37,907 nucleotides of DNA from a virus. Lineage: Duplodnaviria; Caudoviricetes. The notes beneath the pieces are model-generated. The model saw nothing but the letters and a program-made list of their open reading frames with translations, made no database searches and was not told the origin of the DNA. The stretch is taken from the IMG/VR virus record IMGVR_UViG_3300042196_000209, positions 1 to 37,907 of that record, one strand, 5' to 3'. Positions 8,079 through 15,756 of the stretch are shown piece after piece. How positions within the stretch are numbered: the first letter of the stretch is position 1; the number at the start of each line of letters is the position of its first letter. The translations under genes were made by a program, and so were the position numbers.

Positions 8079-9209
8079 ATGGGCGCATACCGCAACTCGC
8101 TGCGTGAGGAGGGTTCCAGGAAGGACCTGCTCAGGGCACTGGAGCACACGTGGCATCAGATCGACGAGCTGAATGGCGAGAGCGTCGTGCCGTCGATGGC
8201 CACAGACGTCGAGCGCTTCAACCGGGAGCTGTTGGGCTTTCCCGTGCCGACCGTGCCGACCAAGCTACGCGGCTCCGGTCGGCTCATGCGGTCGAAGCAC
8301 CTGCTCGAGGAGCTGCAGGAGTTCACCGACGCCACGACGGCGTTCGACCAGGCGGACGCCCTTGTCGACCTCGTGTACGTAGCGCTCGGCGGGCTGATCC
8401 AGATGGGCATGTGCCCCGGCGCGGCGTTCGAGGAGGTGCACCGTACGAACATGCTCAAGCGCAGGGGCGCGCAGGCGAAGCGCCCGGACAGCTGCGGCTA
8501 CGACGCCGTGAAGCCGAAGGGCTGGACCGCGCCTGACCTGAAGAAGCTGCTCCTGGTGTCCCTGGACGACGTCGACTGGCTGGCCGAGTACAGGTGGATG
8601 ACCGACGGCCCGCAGGCGGAAGTGTGCTTTCATGTGTCTGAGCCTGAGCCGATGCCAAAGCCGAAGATACTCGTACTCGGCTACGCGCGCCACGGCAAGG
8701 ACACCGTCGGCGAGATGCTTCGCGACAGGTACGGCCTGAGCTTCACTTCGAGCAGCATGTTCTGCGCAGAACGGGTGATGATGCCATACTTCCGCCGCAA
8801 GGGCAACGCGGAATTTAGGGATAAACCCGACGCTATACAGGACACGCCGCACTACCTAAACGCACAGGAGTGCTTCGAGGACCGCGCCAACCACCGCGCG
8901 GAGTGGTACGAGGCCATACGTGATTTCAACCAGCCCGACGCGACGGCGCTCGCCCGCGCTATCCTCGAGGAGCACGACGTCTACTGTGGCATCCGCAGCA
9001 AGGCCGAGCTCAGCGCGTGCCGGGTCGCGGGCGTCTTCGACGTAATCGTCTGGATCGACCGCACCGACCACCAACCGCCCGAGGACCGGTCGTCCTGCAC
9101 TGTCGAGCCGTGGATGGCCGACTACGTGATCGACAACAACGGCACGCTGGAGGACCTCGCGCTCAACGTAGAGCGACTGGCGACGAGCATGGGCCTGGAG
9201 GCTGCCTGA
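8079..9209 (+). CDS. Fusion of an all-alpha (MazG/DR2231-like) dNTP pyrophosphatase and a P-loop dNMP kinase
   Basis: N-terminal LLEELQEF...DALVDLVYVALG...EVHRTNMLK...VKPKGW; C-terminal LGYARHGKDT P-loop...DYVIDNNGTLEDL; AGGAG RBS. Confidence 0.85.
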   Translation: MGAYRNSLREEGSRKDLLRALEHTWHQIDELNGESVVPSMATDVERFNRELLGFPVPTVPTKLRGSGRLMRSKHLLEELQEFTDATTAFDQADALVDLVYVALGGLIQMGMCPGAAFEEVHRTNMLKRRGAQAKRPDSCGYDAVKPKGWTAPDLKKLLLVSLDDVDWLAEYRWMTDGPQAEVCFHVSEPEPMPKPKILVLGYARHGKDTVGEMLRDRYGLSFTSSSMFCAERVMMPYFRRKGNAEFRDKPDAIQDTPHYLNAQECFEDRANHRAEWYEAIRDFNQPDATALARAILEEHDVYCGIRSKAELSACRVAGVFDVIVWIDRTDHQPPEDRSSCTVEPWMADYVIDNNGTLEDLALNVERLATSMGLEAA

Positions 9210-9210
9210 C

Positions 9211-10035
9211 ATGTACCAGACCTACCCGAACATCGTGAGGCACATCATGGGCCCCGACGCCGTGACCGAGGTCAACACCCGCACTGGTCACGAGATCAGG
9301 ATGCTGCCGTACCCGATCGGCTTCCAGGTCGACCTGCGCTCCGACCATATACCTCTGCCCGGTAACCGGCGCGTGTTCCCGCAGACCGCGGCGGCTGAGC
9401 AGGCGTGGTTCCTCAGCGGCAAGAGGGACGTCAACTGGCTGCGCAAGTACTGCAAAATCTGGGACAAGTTCACGGAGGACGACGACGTCACGGTCGACGC
9501 GGCCTACGGCTACCGCTGGCGCAGTCACTTCGGCCGCGACCAGCTGGGCCTGGCGATCGATGCACTAGAGAAGAACCCGACGGACCGACGCGTGTTCGTG
9601 TCTGCGTGGGACCCCGCGATGGACGGTCTCGGCGCCGAGGGTCAGCGGAACGTGCCGTGCCCCGTCGGCTTCACGCTGAGCGTCGTCGAGGGCCACCTAA
9701 ACTCCGCGCTGATGATACGCTCGAGCGACGTGTTCGTCGGCCTACCGTACGACGTCATCGGCCACGCGCTGCTCATGGACGCCGTGGCCGTCAGCCTGGG
9801 CGTCAGGGGTCTCGGCTGGATGCACGTCACGCTTGCGCATCCGCACATCTACGACGTGCACTACGACATGGCCCGCGAGAGCCTGGGGAGGACCTGGGCG
9901 GAGAAGCCCGTCATGCCGAGCTGGTCGGTAGAGGAGATCGAAGCGGACCCGGACGGCTACGTCGCCAAGGTCAAGGCGCTCACCGACCGCGTGAGACCGC
10001 ACGACTTCAACCCGAAGCCGGAGGTCACCCAGTAG
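9211..10035 (+). CDS. Thymidylate synthase homologue, predicted dCMP-specific (methyl- or hydroxymethyltransferase)
   Basis: TRTG, AEQAWFLSG, AYGYRW, catalytic PC, RSSDVFVGLPYD (Asp at E. coli TS Asn177), HPHIY. Confidence 0.88.
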   Translation: MYQTYPNIVRHIMGPDAVTEVNTRTGHEIRMLPYPIGFQVDLRSDHIPLPGNRRVFPQTAAAEQAWFLSGKRDVNWLRKYCKIWDKFTEDDDVTVDAAYGYRWRSHFGRDQLGLAIDALEKNPTDRRVFVSAWDPAMDGLGAEGQRNVPCPVGFTLSVVEGHLNSALMIRSSDVFVGLPYDVIGHALLMDAVAVSLGVRGLGWMHVTLAHPHIYDVHYDMARESLGRTWAEKPVMPSWSVEEIEADPDGYVAKVKALTDRVRPHDFNPKPEVTQ

Positions 10036-10112
10036 GCGCCCGTAGCTCAACCGGATAGAGCACCGATTTCCTAGGTCGGGGGTTGCAGGTTCGAGCCCTG
10101 CCGGGCGCACCA
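10036..10112 (+). tRNA. tRNA-Arg (anticodon CCT)
   Basis: Full cloverleaf: acceptor GCGCCCG/CGGGCGC, D arm GCTC/GAGC, anticodon loop TTCCTAG, TTCGAGC T loop, encoded CCA. Confidence 0.95.
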
Positions 10113-10129
10113 ACAGGGAGGGTCACACC

Positions 10130-10588
10130 ATGATACTGGGACAGGTCACCACGGGCACGCTGGAGTGGGACCGCCGCATGTACGGCCTAGCGCTCGAGGC
10201 CGCGTCCTGGTCCAAGGACCCGGTCCGCAAGGTCGGCAGCGTGGTCGTTTCCGCGGACCGGCGCAGGATGTCGCCCGGCTACAACGGCTTCCCGCGCGGC
10301 ACCCCGGACGTCAAGCAGCACCTCATGGACGAGACGATGCGTCAGATGCTGATGGTGCACGGCGAGGTCAACTCGATCATAAACGCGGGCTTCGACGTAG
10401 AGGGCTGCACCCTCTACGCGACTAAGTACCCGTGCCACGCCTGCGCCGGCATAATGGCGAACTCCAGGATCGCGCGCCTCGTGTGCCCGGCCCCAGACTA
10501 TGACAACCCTAAGTGGGACGAGTCCTACAGGGTGGCGTCTGAGGTCCTAGCGAACGCGTCCGTGGAGGTGGACAGATGCGACTCCTGA
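10130..10588 (+). CDS. dCMP deaminase (ComEB-like, Zn-dependent)
   Basis: SKDP..KVG, GYNGFPRG, HGEVNSI, PCHAC. Confidence 0.92.
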   Translation: MILGQVTTGTLEWDRRMYGLALEAASWSKDPVRKVGSVVVSADRRRMSPGYNGFPRGTPDVKQHLMDETMRQMLMVHGEVNSIINAGFDVEGCTLYATKYPCHACAGIMANSRIARLVCPAPDYDNPKWDESYRVASEVLANASVEVDRCDS

Positions 10589-11007
10589 TGGCGGTCTCAG
10601 TCGACGGGTTCCTCTGCATCGGCCCCGACGACGACATGACCTGGACCGGGCCCGCGGACAAGACGCTGTTCCGCGCGCTGACCTCTGTCGGGGGCATATG
10701 CGCGGCCGGCTCGGCGACGTGGCGGATCATGCCGCGTCTCGAGGGCCGGCAGCTCATACCGGTCTCACGGAGCGGCTACACCCTGCACAGGCTCGAGGCC
10801 GAGCACCCGGAGGCGTGGCTCATAGGGGGACCAACGATCGCCGTGGCCGCGCTCAGGCTGGGACTCGTGACGGAGATGCACCTGTCCGTCGTGCACAGTT
10901 ACCGCCTAGGGTCGGGCGTCAGCGTCCGATGCCTGGGGGACCTGAGTCGGCCGTCGATGCAGACGCACTTCGGGGAGGACCTGACGCACCGGGTCTACCG
11001 GCGATGA
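10576..11007 (+). CDS. Dihydrofolate reductase
   Basis: MAVSVDGF...MTW...DKTLFRALT...GSATW..MPRLEGR...WLIGG. Confidence 0.82.
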   Translation: MRLLMAVSVDGFLCIGPDDDMTWTGPADKTLFRALTSVGGICAAGSATWRIMPRLEGRQLIPVSRSGYTLHRLEAEHPEAWLIGGPTIAVAALRLGLVTEMHLSVVHSYRLGSGVSVRCLGDLSRPSMQTHFGEDLTHRVYRR

Positions 11008-11441
11008 AGACGTTGGAGAAGAACCTGTGGGGCTGGCTGAAGCGAGGCTGTCGTAACCGCTTCCGGTTCGACTGTCTGTTCATGGAGAGGGTGGAGAACG
11101 TCGCGGGCTCGGGCACACCCGACGTGGACCTGTGCCTGAACCGTCACGCGTTCAAGTTCGAGCTGAAGACATGCGACAGGCCGAAGCGTGAGGGCACTCG
11201 CATAAAGGTCAGGTTCCAGCCAGCCCAAATACCGTGGCTGAGGGCCTACCACGCGGCCGGTGGACGGGCCTACGTCCTGATCCAGGTTGGCTCTGGCTCC
11301 ACGGCGAGACGATACCTGATCCACGGCCACTACGCGGCCACCGTGGAGTGTGGCGTCACCGAGGCCGTCCTGAGTAAGCTGTCGATAACACAGTCCGACG
11401 ACAGCGCCGCCGATATCGTGCTGAAGGCCTACCGCCTCTAG
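11004..11441 (+). CDS. PD-(D/E)xK nuclease (VRR-NUC / Holliday junction resolvase-like)
   Basis: E..LW...RVEN..GSGTPD...FELK...PAQIPW...AGG; ATGA overlap with DHFR. Confidence 0.85.
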   Translation: MKTLEKNLWGWLKRGCRNRFRFDCLFMERVENVAGSGTPDVDLCLNRHAFKFELKTCDRPKREGTRIKVRFQPAQIPWLRAYHAAGGRAYVLIQVGSGSTARRYLIHGHYAATVECGVTEAVLSKLSITQSDDSAADIVLKAYRL

Positions 11442-11617
11442 AGGTCGATAAGGCCCGCCAGCTCGTCAGCCGCGGCGCCACTGCGTATGTAGTGACGGAG
11501 GGCCCGCCGCACTAGCCACGACACGCCCGGCCCATCGCCGATCTCGGCCGACTTCCTGGTCAGCCAGTCCGCGAGCTCCGGCGTCAGTGTCACGGTCACT
11601 CGTCTCATCTTCTCCAT
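11438..11617 (-). CDS. Ribbon-helix-helix (CopG/Arc-like) regulator, 59 aa (not in the ORF track)
   Basis: MEKMRRVTVTLTPELADWL...VSWLVRRALRHYI; GAGGAG RBS. Confidence 0.75.
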   Translation of the reverse strand: MEKMRRVTVTLTPELADWLTRKSAEIGDGPGVSWLVRRALRHYIRSGAAADELAGLIDL

Positions 11618-11632
11618 GTCAATCTCCTCGGG

Positions 11633-11959
11633 TTACTCCTTGAAGTTACGATCGTACGACAGGGCCCAAGCCGCGTTCCACAGCTCGACGTCGTCCTGAT
11701 CGTCCAGGTCGATCGGTCTGTCAAATGTCAGTACGAATGCGTCCGCCATAATTTCGTTCGCGTCGCAGAAGTCATGCGTCGCGCAAATGCCCGTTTGGGC
11801 CTTGGCTTTGTGGTCCTCGTTGATGCGGACGATCTCCTCCAGATGCTCGGCGAGATCACGACGAACGATATCACTGAAAGCCGCTGAGAGCTTCGACACG
11901 GCCACTGTCAGCTCAGAATGCTTACCGACGCTTAGGTACTGCGGTTTTAGGACGGTCAT
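11633..11959 (-). CDS. Small acidic hypothetical protein (CATHDFCDAN motif)
   Basis: First gene from the leftward promoter; ATG at 11959 sits at the mirror position of ATG 12242. Confidence 0.7.
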   Translation of the reverse strand: MTVLKPQYLSVGKHSELTVAVSKLSAAFSDIVRRDLAEHLEEIVRINEDHKAKAQTGICATHDFCDANEIMADAFVLTFDRPIDLDDQDDVELWNAAWALSYDRNFKE

Positions 11960-11997
11960 TGTCGGTCTCATTTAAGGGTCACTCACTCAATATGACC

Positions 11998-12029
11998 ATT
12001 ATACCCCGCATCCGCTAACGAGGGACTAA
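11998..12029 (-). promoter_or_regulatory. Leftward promoter: TATAAT -10 with a CTAA-N7-CTAA box over the -35 region
   Basis: ATTATA at 11998-12003; CTAACGAGGGACTAA at 12015-12029. Confidence 0.7.
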
Positions 12030-12173
12030 CGGACGGAGGAAATTGCGGCCTGTCCGCTCTTGCCACAGATAAGATCAATCTTACATAAAAAGAGCTAACA
12101 GATATCAGCCATAACTGGATGCGATCCTACCTATATGTGGCAAATAGGGGTCGCTGAAAATATCCCCCGTTCG

Positions 12174-12205
12174 TTAGTCCCCCGTTAGCGCCTATGGGGT
12201 ATAAT
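12174..12205 (+). promoter_or_regulatory. Rightward promoter: TTAG-N7-TTAG box and TATAAT
   Basis: TTAGTCCCCCGTTAG at 12174-12188; TATAAT at 12200-12205; AAGGAG RBS before ATG 12242. Confidence 0.7.
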
Positions 12206-12241
12206 GGTCATATTGAGTGAGTGACCCTTAAGGAGACCGAC

Positions 12242-12490
12242 ATGTTCCTTTGCATCAGAAGCGACGCCGGTATGAAAAAGCTCACGGTTTCGAGCTTTGA
12301 CGAAGCCTCGAAAGAGGTACGCGCATTTATCGAACATCACGACCTTGGTGCCGGATGTGCCAATGATGGGTGGGCGTTTCACCTTGCTACCATCGCCTCG
12401 GGCGACAAGCTGCAAAAGTTGGCAACTGTGTCCTATAACGGGCGCGTTTGGAGCTGTAAGGATGGGCCCGAGTATGCGCTTAGGTCATGA
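12242..12490 (+). CDS. Hypothetical early protein (SYNGRVW motif)
   Basis: AAGGAG RBS then ATG at 12242. Confidence 0.7.
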   Translation: MFLCIRSDAGMKKLTVSSFDEASKEVRAFIEHHDLGAGCANDGWAFHLATIASGDKLQKLATVSYNGRVWSCKDGPEYALRS

Positions 12491-12523
12491 GCAAATCGAT
12501 CCATAAGCAAGAGGGAGACTGAT

Positions 12524-12838
12524 ATGAAGATCTATGCGATATTCGCCACAAACCACGACCTCGCCATGGACGACGCTCGGTGCGGGCAGTTCGAGAACTG
12601 GTGCCCGATCGGGGTCTACAGGACCCGCGAGGCCGCAGAGGCCGCTATATGCGAGGAGATCAACGAGGCCCGAGCTGAAATACGTGAGGACCTGATCGAC
12701 GACGACTCGGTCCTAGACGGCTACGAGGACGTGAAGCCTGGGAGCCTCGACTGGTCGGGCGACGAGACCTCGTGGACGTACTATGACAAACCTCAGGATC
12801 TCTACTACGTGATGTCCGAGCACGAGCTCGCTGACTGA
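12524..12838 (+). CDS. Highly acidic hypothetical protein
   Basis: GGGAG RBS; about 26 D/E versus about 8 K/R in 104 aa. Confidence 0.75.
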   Translation: MKIYAIFATNHDLAMDDARCGQFENWCPIGVYRTREAAEAAICEEINEARAEIREDLIDDDSVLDGYEDVKPGSLDWSGDETSWTYYDKPQDLYYVMSEHELAD

Positions 12839-12853
12839 CAAGGAGAGTGGATT

Positions 12854-13045
12854 ATGGAAACACGGCATGATATCGCCCGAAGATATGGCTATCGGCTCAG
12901 GTCGTCCCTGGACGCCGACTTCCTCAGTCGTGGCTCCGGCGACGATTTGATGAAAATTTACGGCAACGAGGGCGCGATCGACATCTACGCGCATTGCGCC
13001 GAGGCCTATTTCGTCGCCAGACTTATCAGCAACACCCCGAGGTAG
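12854..13045 (+). CDS. Hypothetical protein
   Basis: AAGGAG RBS. Confidence 0.65.
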   Translation: METRHDIARRYGYRLRSSLDADFLSRGSGDDLMKIYGNEGAIDIYAHCAEAYFVARLISNTPR

Positions 13046-13049
13046 ACCC

Positions 13050-13256
13050 ATGTACAAGGCTCAGCTCGAGGAGGACCTCATGATGGAGGGCCTCGGAATA
13101 TGGCGGCGGGCCGAGGCCGAGATGTTGGCCACGCCGAACCTGTACCTGCGACGACTGCTGGAGACCCGGAGGGCGCTGGAGCCTGAGGGGTCGCGGGGTC
13201 ACCCACTGCGACGTACAGTGGCCGCCATGACGGAGGGGTCGCGTGAGCAAAGGTAA
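13050..13256 (+). CDS. Hypothetical protein
   Basis: GAGG RBS; operon packing. Confidence 0.6.
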   Translation: MYKAQLEEDLMMEGLGIWRRAEAEMLATPNLYLRRLLETRRALEPEGSRGHPLRRTVAAMTEGSREQR

Positions 13257-14250
13257 CATCAAGGAATACGTGCTCGCCATCCTAGCCGAGCGACCAGACC
13301 TCGGCAACGAGGACATAGCCACGCTGGTCAGGTCATCGTTTGGCTCGTCGACGACAGCGGCGTCCGTCAGCTCGATCAAGAGCAACGCCCGCAGGAACGG
13401 TGAGCTCGAGCGGGTGGACCTGAGGTCCTCCACCGACAAGGAGCCTGAGGCCGTCGAGGAGGTCCCCGAGGGCGACGACCTGGATGACGAGATGGAGATC
13501 GCCATGCGGCTCAGCAGACGGTTCGACGCGTTGGACCGCATGGCCGCAGGGGTCATAAAGGGCGTCGTCCCGGCGCTCATAGTGAGCGGACCCGCGGGCC
13601 TCGGCAAGTCGTACGGGATCGAGCGTGCCCTCGAGGCGCACTCACGGGAGCACGTCGACTTCAAGTACGACGTGATAAACGGCTCCATCAGCGCGGTCGG
13701 CCTGTACATAGCCCTGTACCGCATGAGGGAGGGCGGGGTCGTGGTCCTCGACGACGCCGACGACGTGTTCCGCGACGAGACCACGCTCAACATCCTCAAG
13801 GCCGCCCTGGACAGCAGCGAGCGGCGGGTGATAAGCTGGCGCAAGCAGGCGAACTGGCTAGAGGCCGAGGGCATAGAGGACCGGTTCGAGTTCGAGGGCC
13901 GCGTGATCTTCCTGACGAACGTGGACTTCGAGCGGCAGGTCGCGAGCGGCCGGCCCGGGTCCGTGCACTTCAAGGCGCTCATGGACAGGTCGCTATACCT
14001 GCACCTGACACTGAGGACGCTCAGGGACTACATGGTACGCATCCGGCAGGTCGTCATAGACGAGAGCATGCTGGACAAGTACGGCCTGAGCGCAGACGAC
14101 GTCGTGGACCTGCTGGCATACGTGGAGGATAACAAGCGCAGGTTCTATCACCTGAGCCTGCGGCTCATACACCAGATCGCACTGTGCAAGCTCGCCGACC
14201 CCGACAACTGGCGCGCCGACATAGAGATGACAAAGATGAGGGTAGAGTGA
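13243..14250 (+). CDS. AAA+ ATPase with N-terminal HTH-like domain
   Basis: GPAGLGKS Walker A; VVVLDDAD Walker B; LTN sensor; DRS Arg finger. Confidence 0.85.
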   Translation: MSKGNIKEYVLAILAERPDLGNEDIATLVRSSFGSSTTAASVSSIKSNARRNGELERVDLRSSTDKEPEAVEEVPEGDDLDDEMEIAMRLSRRFDALDRMAAGVIKGVVPALIVSGPAGLGKSYGIERALEAHSREHVDFKYDVINGSISAVGLYIALYRMREGGVVVLDDADDVFRDETTLNILKAALDSSERRVISWRKQANWLEAEGIEDRFEFEGRVIFLTNVDFERQVASGRPGSVHFKALMDRSLYLHLTLRTLRDYMVRIRQVVIDESMLDKYGLSADDVVDLLAYVEDNKRRFYHLSLRLIHQIALCKLADPDNWRADIEMTKMRVE

Positions 14251-14450
14251 TGACCAGACACATCTCCGGTCTCCGATACGTCACTGACGCCGACCAATAC
14301 CTCGCACAGCTCAACAGCGCCTACACCTGGGGCGAGAAGGTCCGCGCGGCCATAATCATGCAGGCGTGGGTGGACGGCCTGAGCACGCTCGAGTACCAGG
14401 ACGAGATAATCATAAAGGAGAAGCCCGATGCCCGACAAGACCCAGTATGA
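14250..14450 (+). CDS. Hypothetical protein
   Basis: TGATG coupling to the ATPase stop. Confidence 0.55.
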   Translation: MTRHISGLRYVTDADQYLAQLNSAYTWGEKVRAAIIMQAWVDGLSTLEYQDEIIIKEKPDARQDPV

Positions 14451-14601
14451 GAAGGACCAGCGGTTCTACCGGGATATGCTGGTCGCCGCCGCTCAGTACA
14501 ACCGGGCGGTGATGATCGCCCATCAGGCCGGCCTCGACGTCAAGACCGAGGTGGATCGGGCCCGCATAGCGCCGTCCTGTCGACGGCCCATAGAACCGTG
14601 A
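14428..14601 (+). CDS. Hypothetical 57-aa protein (not in the ORF track)
   Basis: AAGGAG RBS; MPDKTQYEKDQRFYRD...PIEP. Confidence 0.6.
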   Translation: MPDKTQYEKDQRFYRDMLVAAAQYNRAVMIAHQAGLDVKTEVDRARIAPSCRRPIEP

Positions 14602-14610
14602 GGTGCAACC

Positions 14611-15522
14611 ATGGCCCTGATCAAGTACAGAGAGGTCCATCTGCGGGCAGACGCGCTCGACCTGGTGGACAAGGCGAACGAGGTGCTCGGCTCAATGGCC
14701 GCGCAGGGCTACACGCTTACGCTGCGGCAGCTCTTCTACCAGTTCGTTTCACGCAACTGGATCGCCAACTCCGAGAAGACGTACAAGCGCCTCGGCGACG
14801 TAGTGGCCAAGGCCCGGCTGTCCGGCCGCATAAGCTGGACCGCCATAGAGGACCGCGGCCGAGGCCTGAGTGGCTGGTCGTTCGAGGAGGACCCGGGCGA
14901 GGTAGTGTCCGGCCTCGAGTACGGCCTCTGCGTCGACCTGTGGAAGCGACAGCCGACATACGTGGAGGTGTGGGTCGAGAAGGACGCCATGGTCAACGTT
15001 CTATCCAAGGCCTGCAGCCGGCTACTGGTGCCTTTCATGGCCTGCAAGGGGTATCTGTCCCTTAGCGAGGCGTGGCGAGCGGGGCTCAGGTTCAACGAGG
15101 CCGCCGAGCGCGGCCAGACCTGCGTGCTGATCTACCTCGGCGACCACGACCCGAGTGGCGTGCACATGACCGACGACCACCGCGACAAGCAGGACATGTT
15201 CTGCGACCTCGGCCACGTGGACGTGCGCAGGATCGCGCTCAACATGGACCAGGTCGAGCAGTACGACCCGCCGCCCAACCCTACCAAGGTCACAGACAGC
15301 AGGTCGAAGGCCTATATCAAGCGGTTCGGGCAGACCTGCTGGGAGCTGGACGCGCTCCAGCCCAGCGTGGTCGACAAGCTGATAACGAAGGAGGTTAACG
15401 GCCTGCGGGACCGTCGGGTCTGGAAGGAGGCCCTGGAGGAGCAGGCAGAGAAGAGGCACATACTGTCGGCGGTATCCGAGAACTGGCCCGTAATCGACCG
15501 GTACCTGAGAAAAAAGGTCTAG
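14611..15522 (+). CDS. Toprim-domain protein of Topo VI-A/Spo11/JetD-like architecture
   Basis: N-terminal TLRQLFY (wHTH Tyr), VEVWVEKD, YLGDHDPSG DxD motif, WELDAL. Confidence 0.75.
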   Translation: MALIKYREVHLRADALDLVDKANEVLGSMAAQGYTLTLRQLFYQFVSRNWIANSEKTYKRLGDVVAKARLSGRISWTAIEDRGRGLSGWSFEEDPGEVVSGLEYGLCVDLWKRQPTYVEVWVEKDAMVNVLSKACSRLLVPFMACKGYLSLSEAWRAGLRFNEAAERGQTCVLIYLGDHDPSGVHMTDDHRDKQDMFCDLGHVDVRRIALNMDQVEQYDPPPNPTKVTDSRSKAYIKRFGQTCWELDALQPSVVDKLITKEVNGLRDRRVWKEALEEQAEKRHILSAVSENWPVIDRYLRKKV

Positions 15523-15525
15523 TCG

Positions 15526-15558
15526 TTAGCGGTTTGTTAGGTACTGCCGCGGTATAAT
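15526..15558 (+). promoter_or_regulatory. Promoter with TTAG-N7-TTAG box and TATAAT
   Basis: TTAGCGGTTTGTTAG at 15526-15540; TATAAT at 15553-15558. Confidence 0.65.
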
Positions 15559-15588
15559 AGTTGGATTGTGGGAATATGGGAGATGGAC

Positions 15589-15750
15589 ATGGAACTAGAG
15601 CAGGCCATCCAGGAGCTACGTCGTGAGGCCGCACACTGGTCTGGTTACGACGAGGAGACGAGGCATCTCCTCCGTCAGCAGGCCGCAGAGAGGGCCTCCA
15701 TCGTCCGCAAGGATCACTCCAGCGAGGTCTACCCCTCAACGATGGGTTGA
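15589..15750 (+). CDS. Hypothetical protein
   Basis: GGAG RBS; downstream of the promoter. Confidence 0.55.
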   Translation: MELEQAIQELRREAAHWSGYDEETRHLLRQQAAERASIVRKDHSSEVYPSTMG

Positions 15751-15756
15751 GGGGGG

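Larger units (their letters stand above)
11957..12244. repeat. ~80-bp inverted repeat (11957-12036 / 12167-12244) with an inner inverted pair and an AT-rich core
   Basis: Both arms read CGTTAGTCCCyCGTTAGCG...GGGGTATAATGGTCATATTGAGTGAGTGACCCTTAA..GAGACCGACA; inner TTGCCACA.ATA.G at ~12060 and its complement ending at 12143. Confidence 0.92.

Noticed and set aside
754-9209. 2-aminoadenine (Z) genome system suggested by PolA + HD hydrolase + MazG-like genes
   Set aside because: No PurZ/adenylosuccinate-synthetase homologue in the window, and the cluster is pyrimidine-centred. It cannot be excluded outside the window.
9211-10035. Ordinary thyA or dUMP hydroxymethylase (hmU / hypermodified T pathway)
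   Set aside because: The specificity residue is Asp, not Asn, and no hmU DNA kinase or amino-acid:DNA transferase genes were recognised here.
10036-10112. tRNA as an attachment site or prophage boundary
   Set aside because: Phage genes continue on both sides, there is no duplicated tRNA 3' end, and no integrase is present in the window.
11957-12244. Protelomerase telRL site or CRISPR array
   Set aside because: The arms are separated by ~130 bp rather than forming a continuous palindrome; no protelomerase is seen; there are no direct repeat-spacer units.
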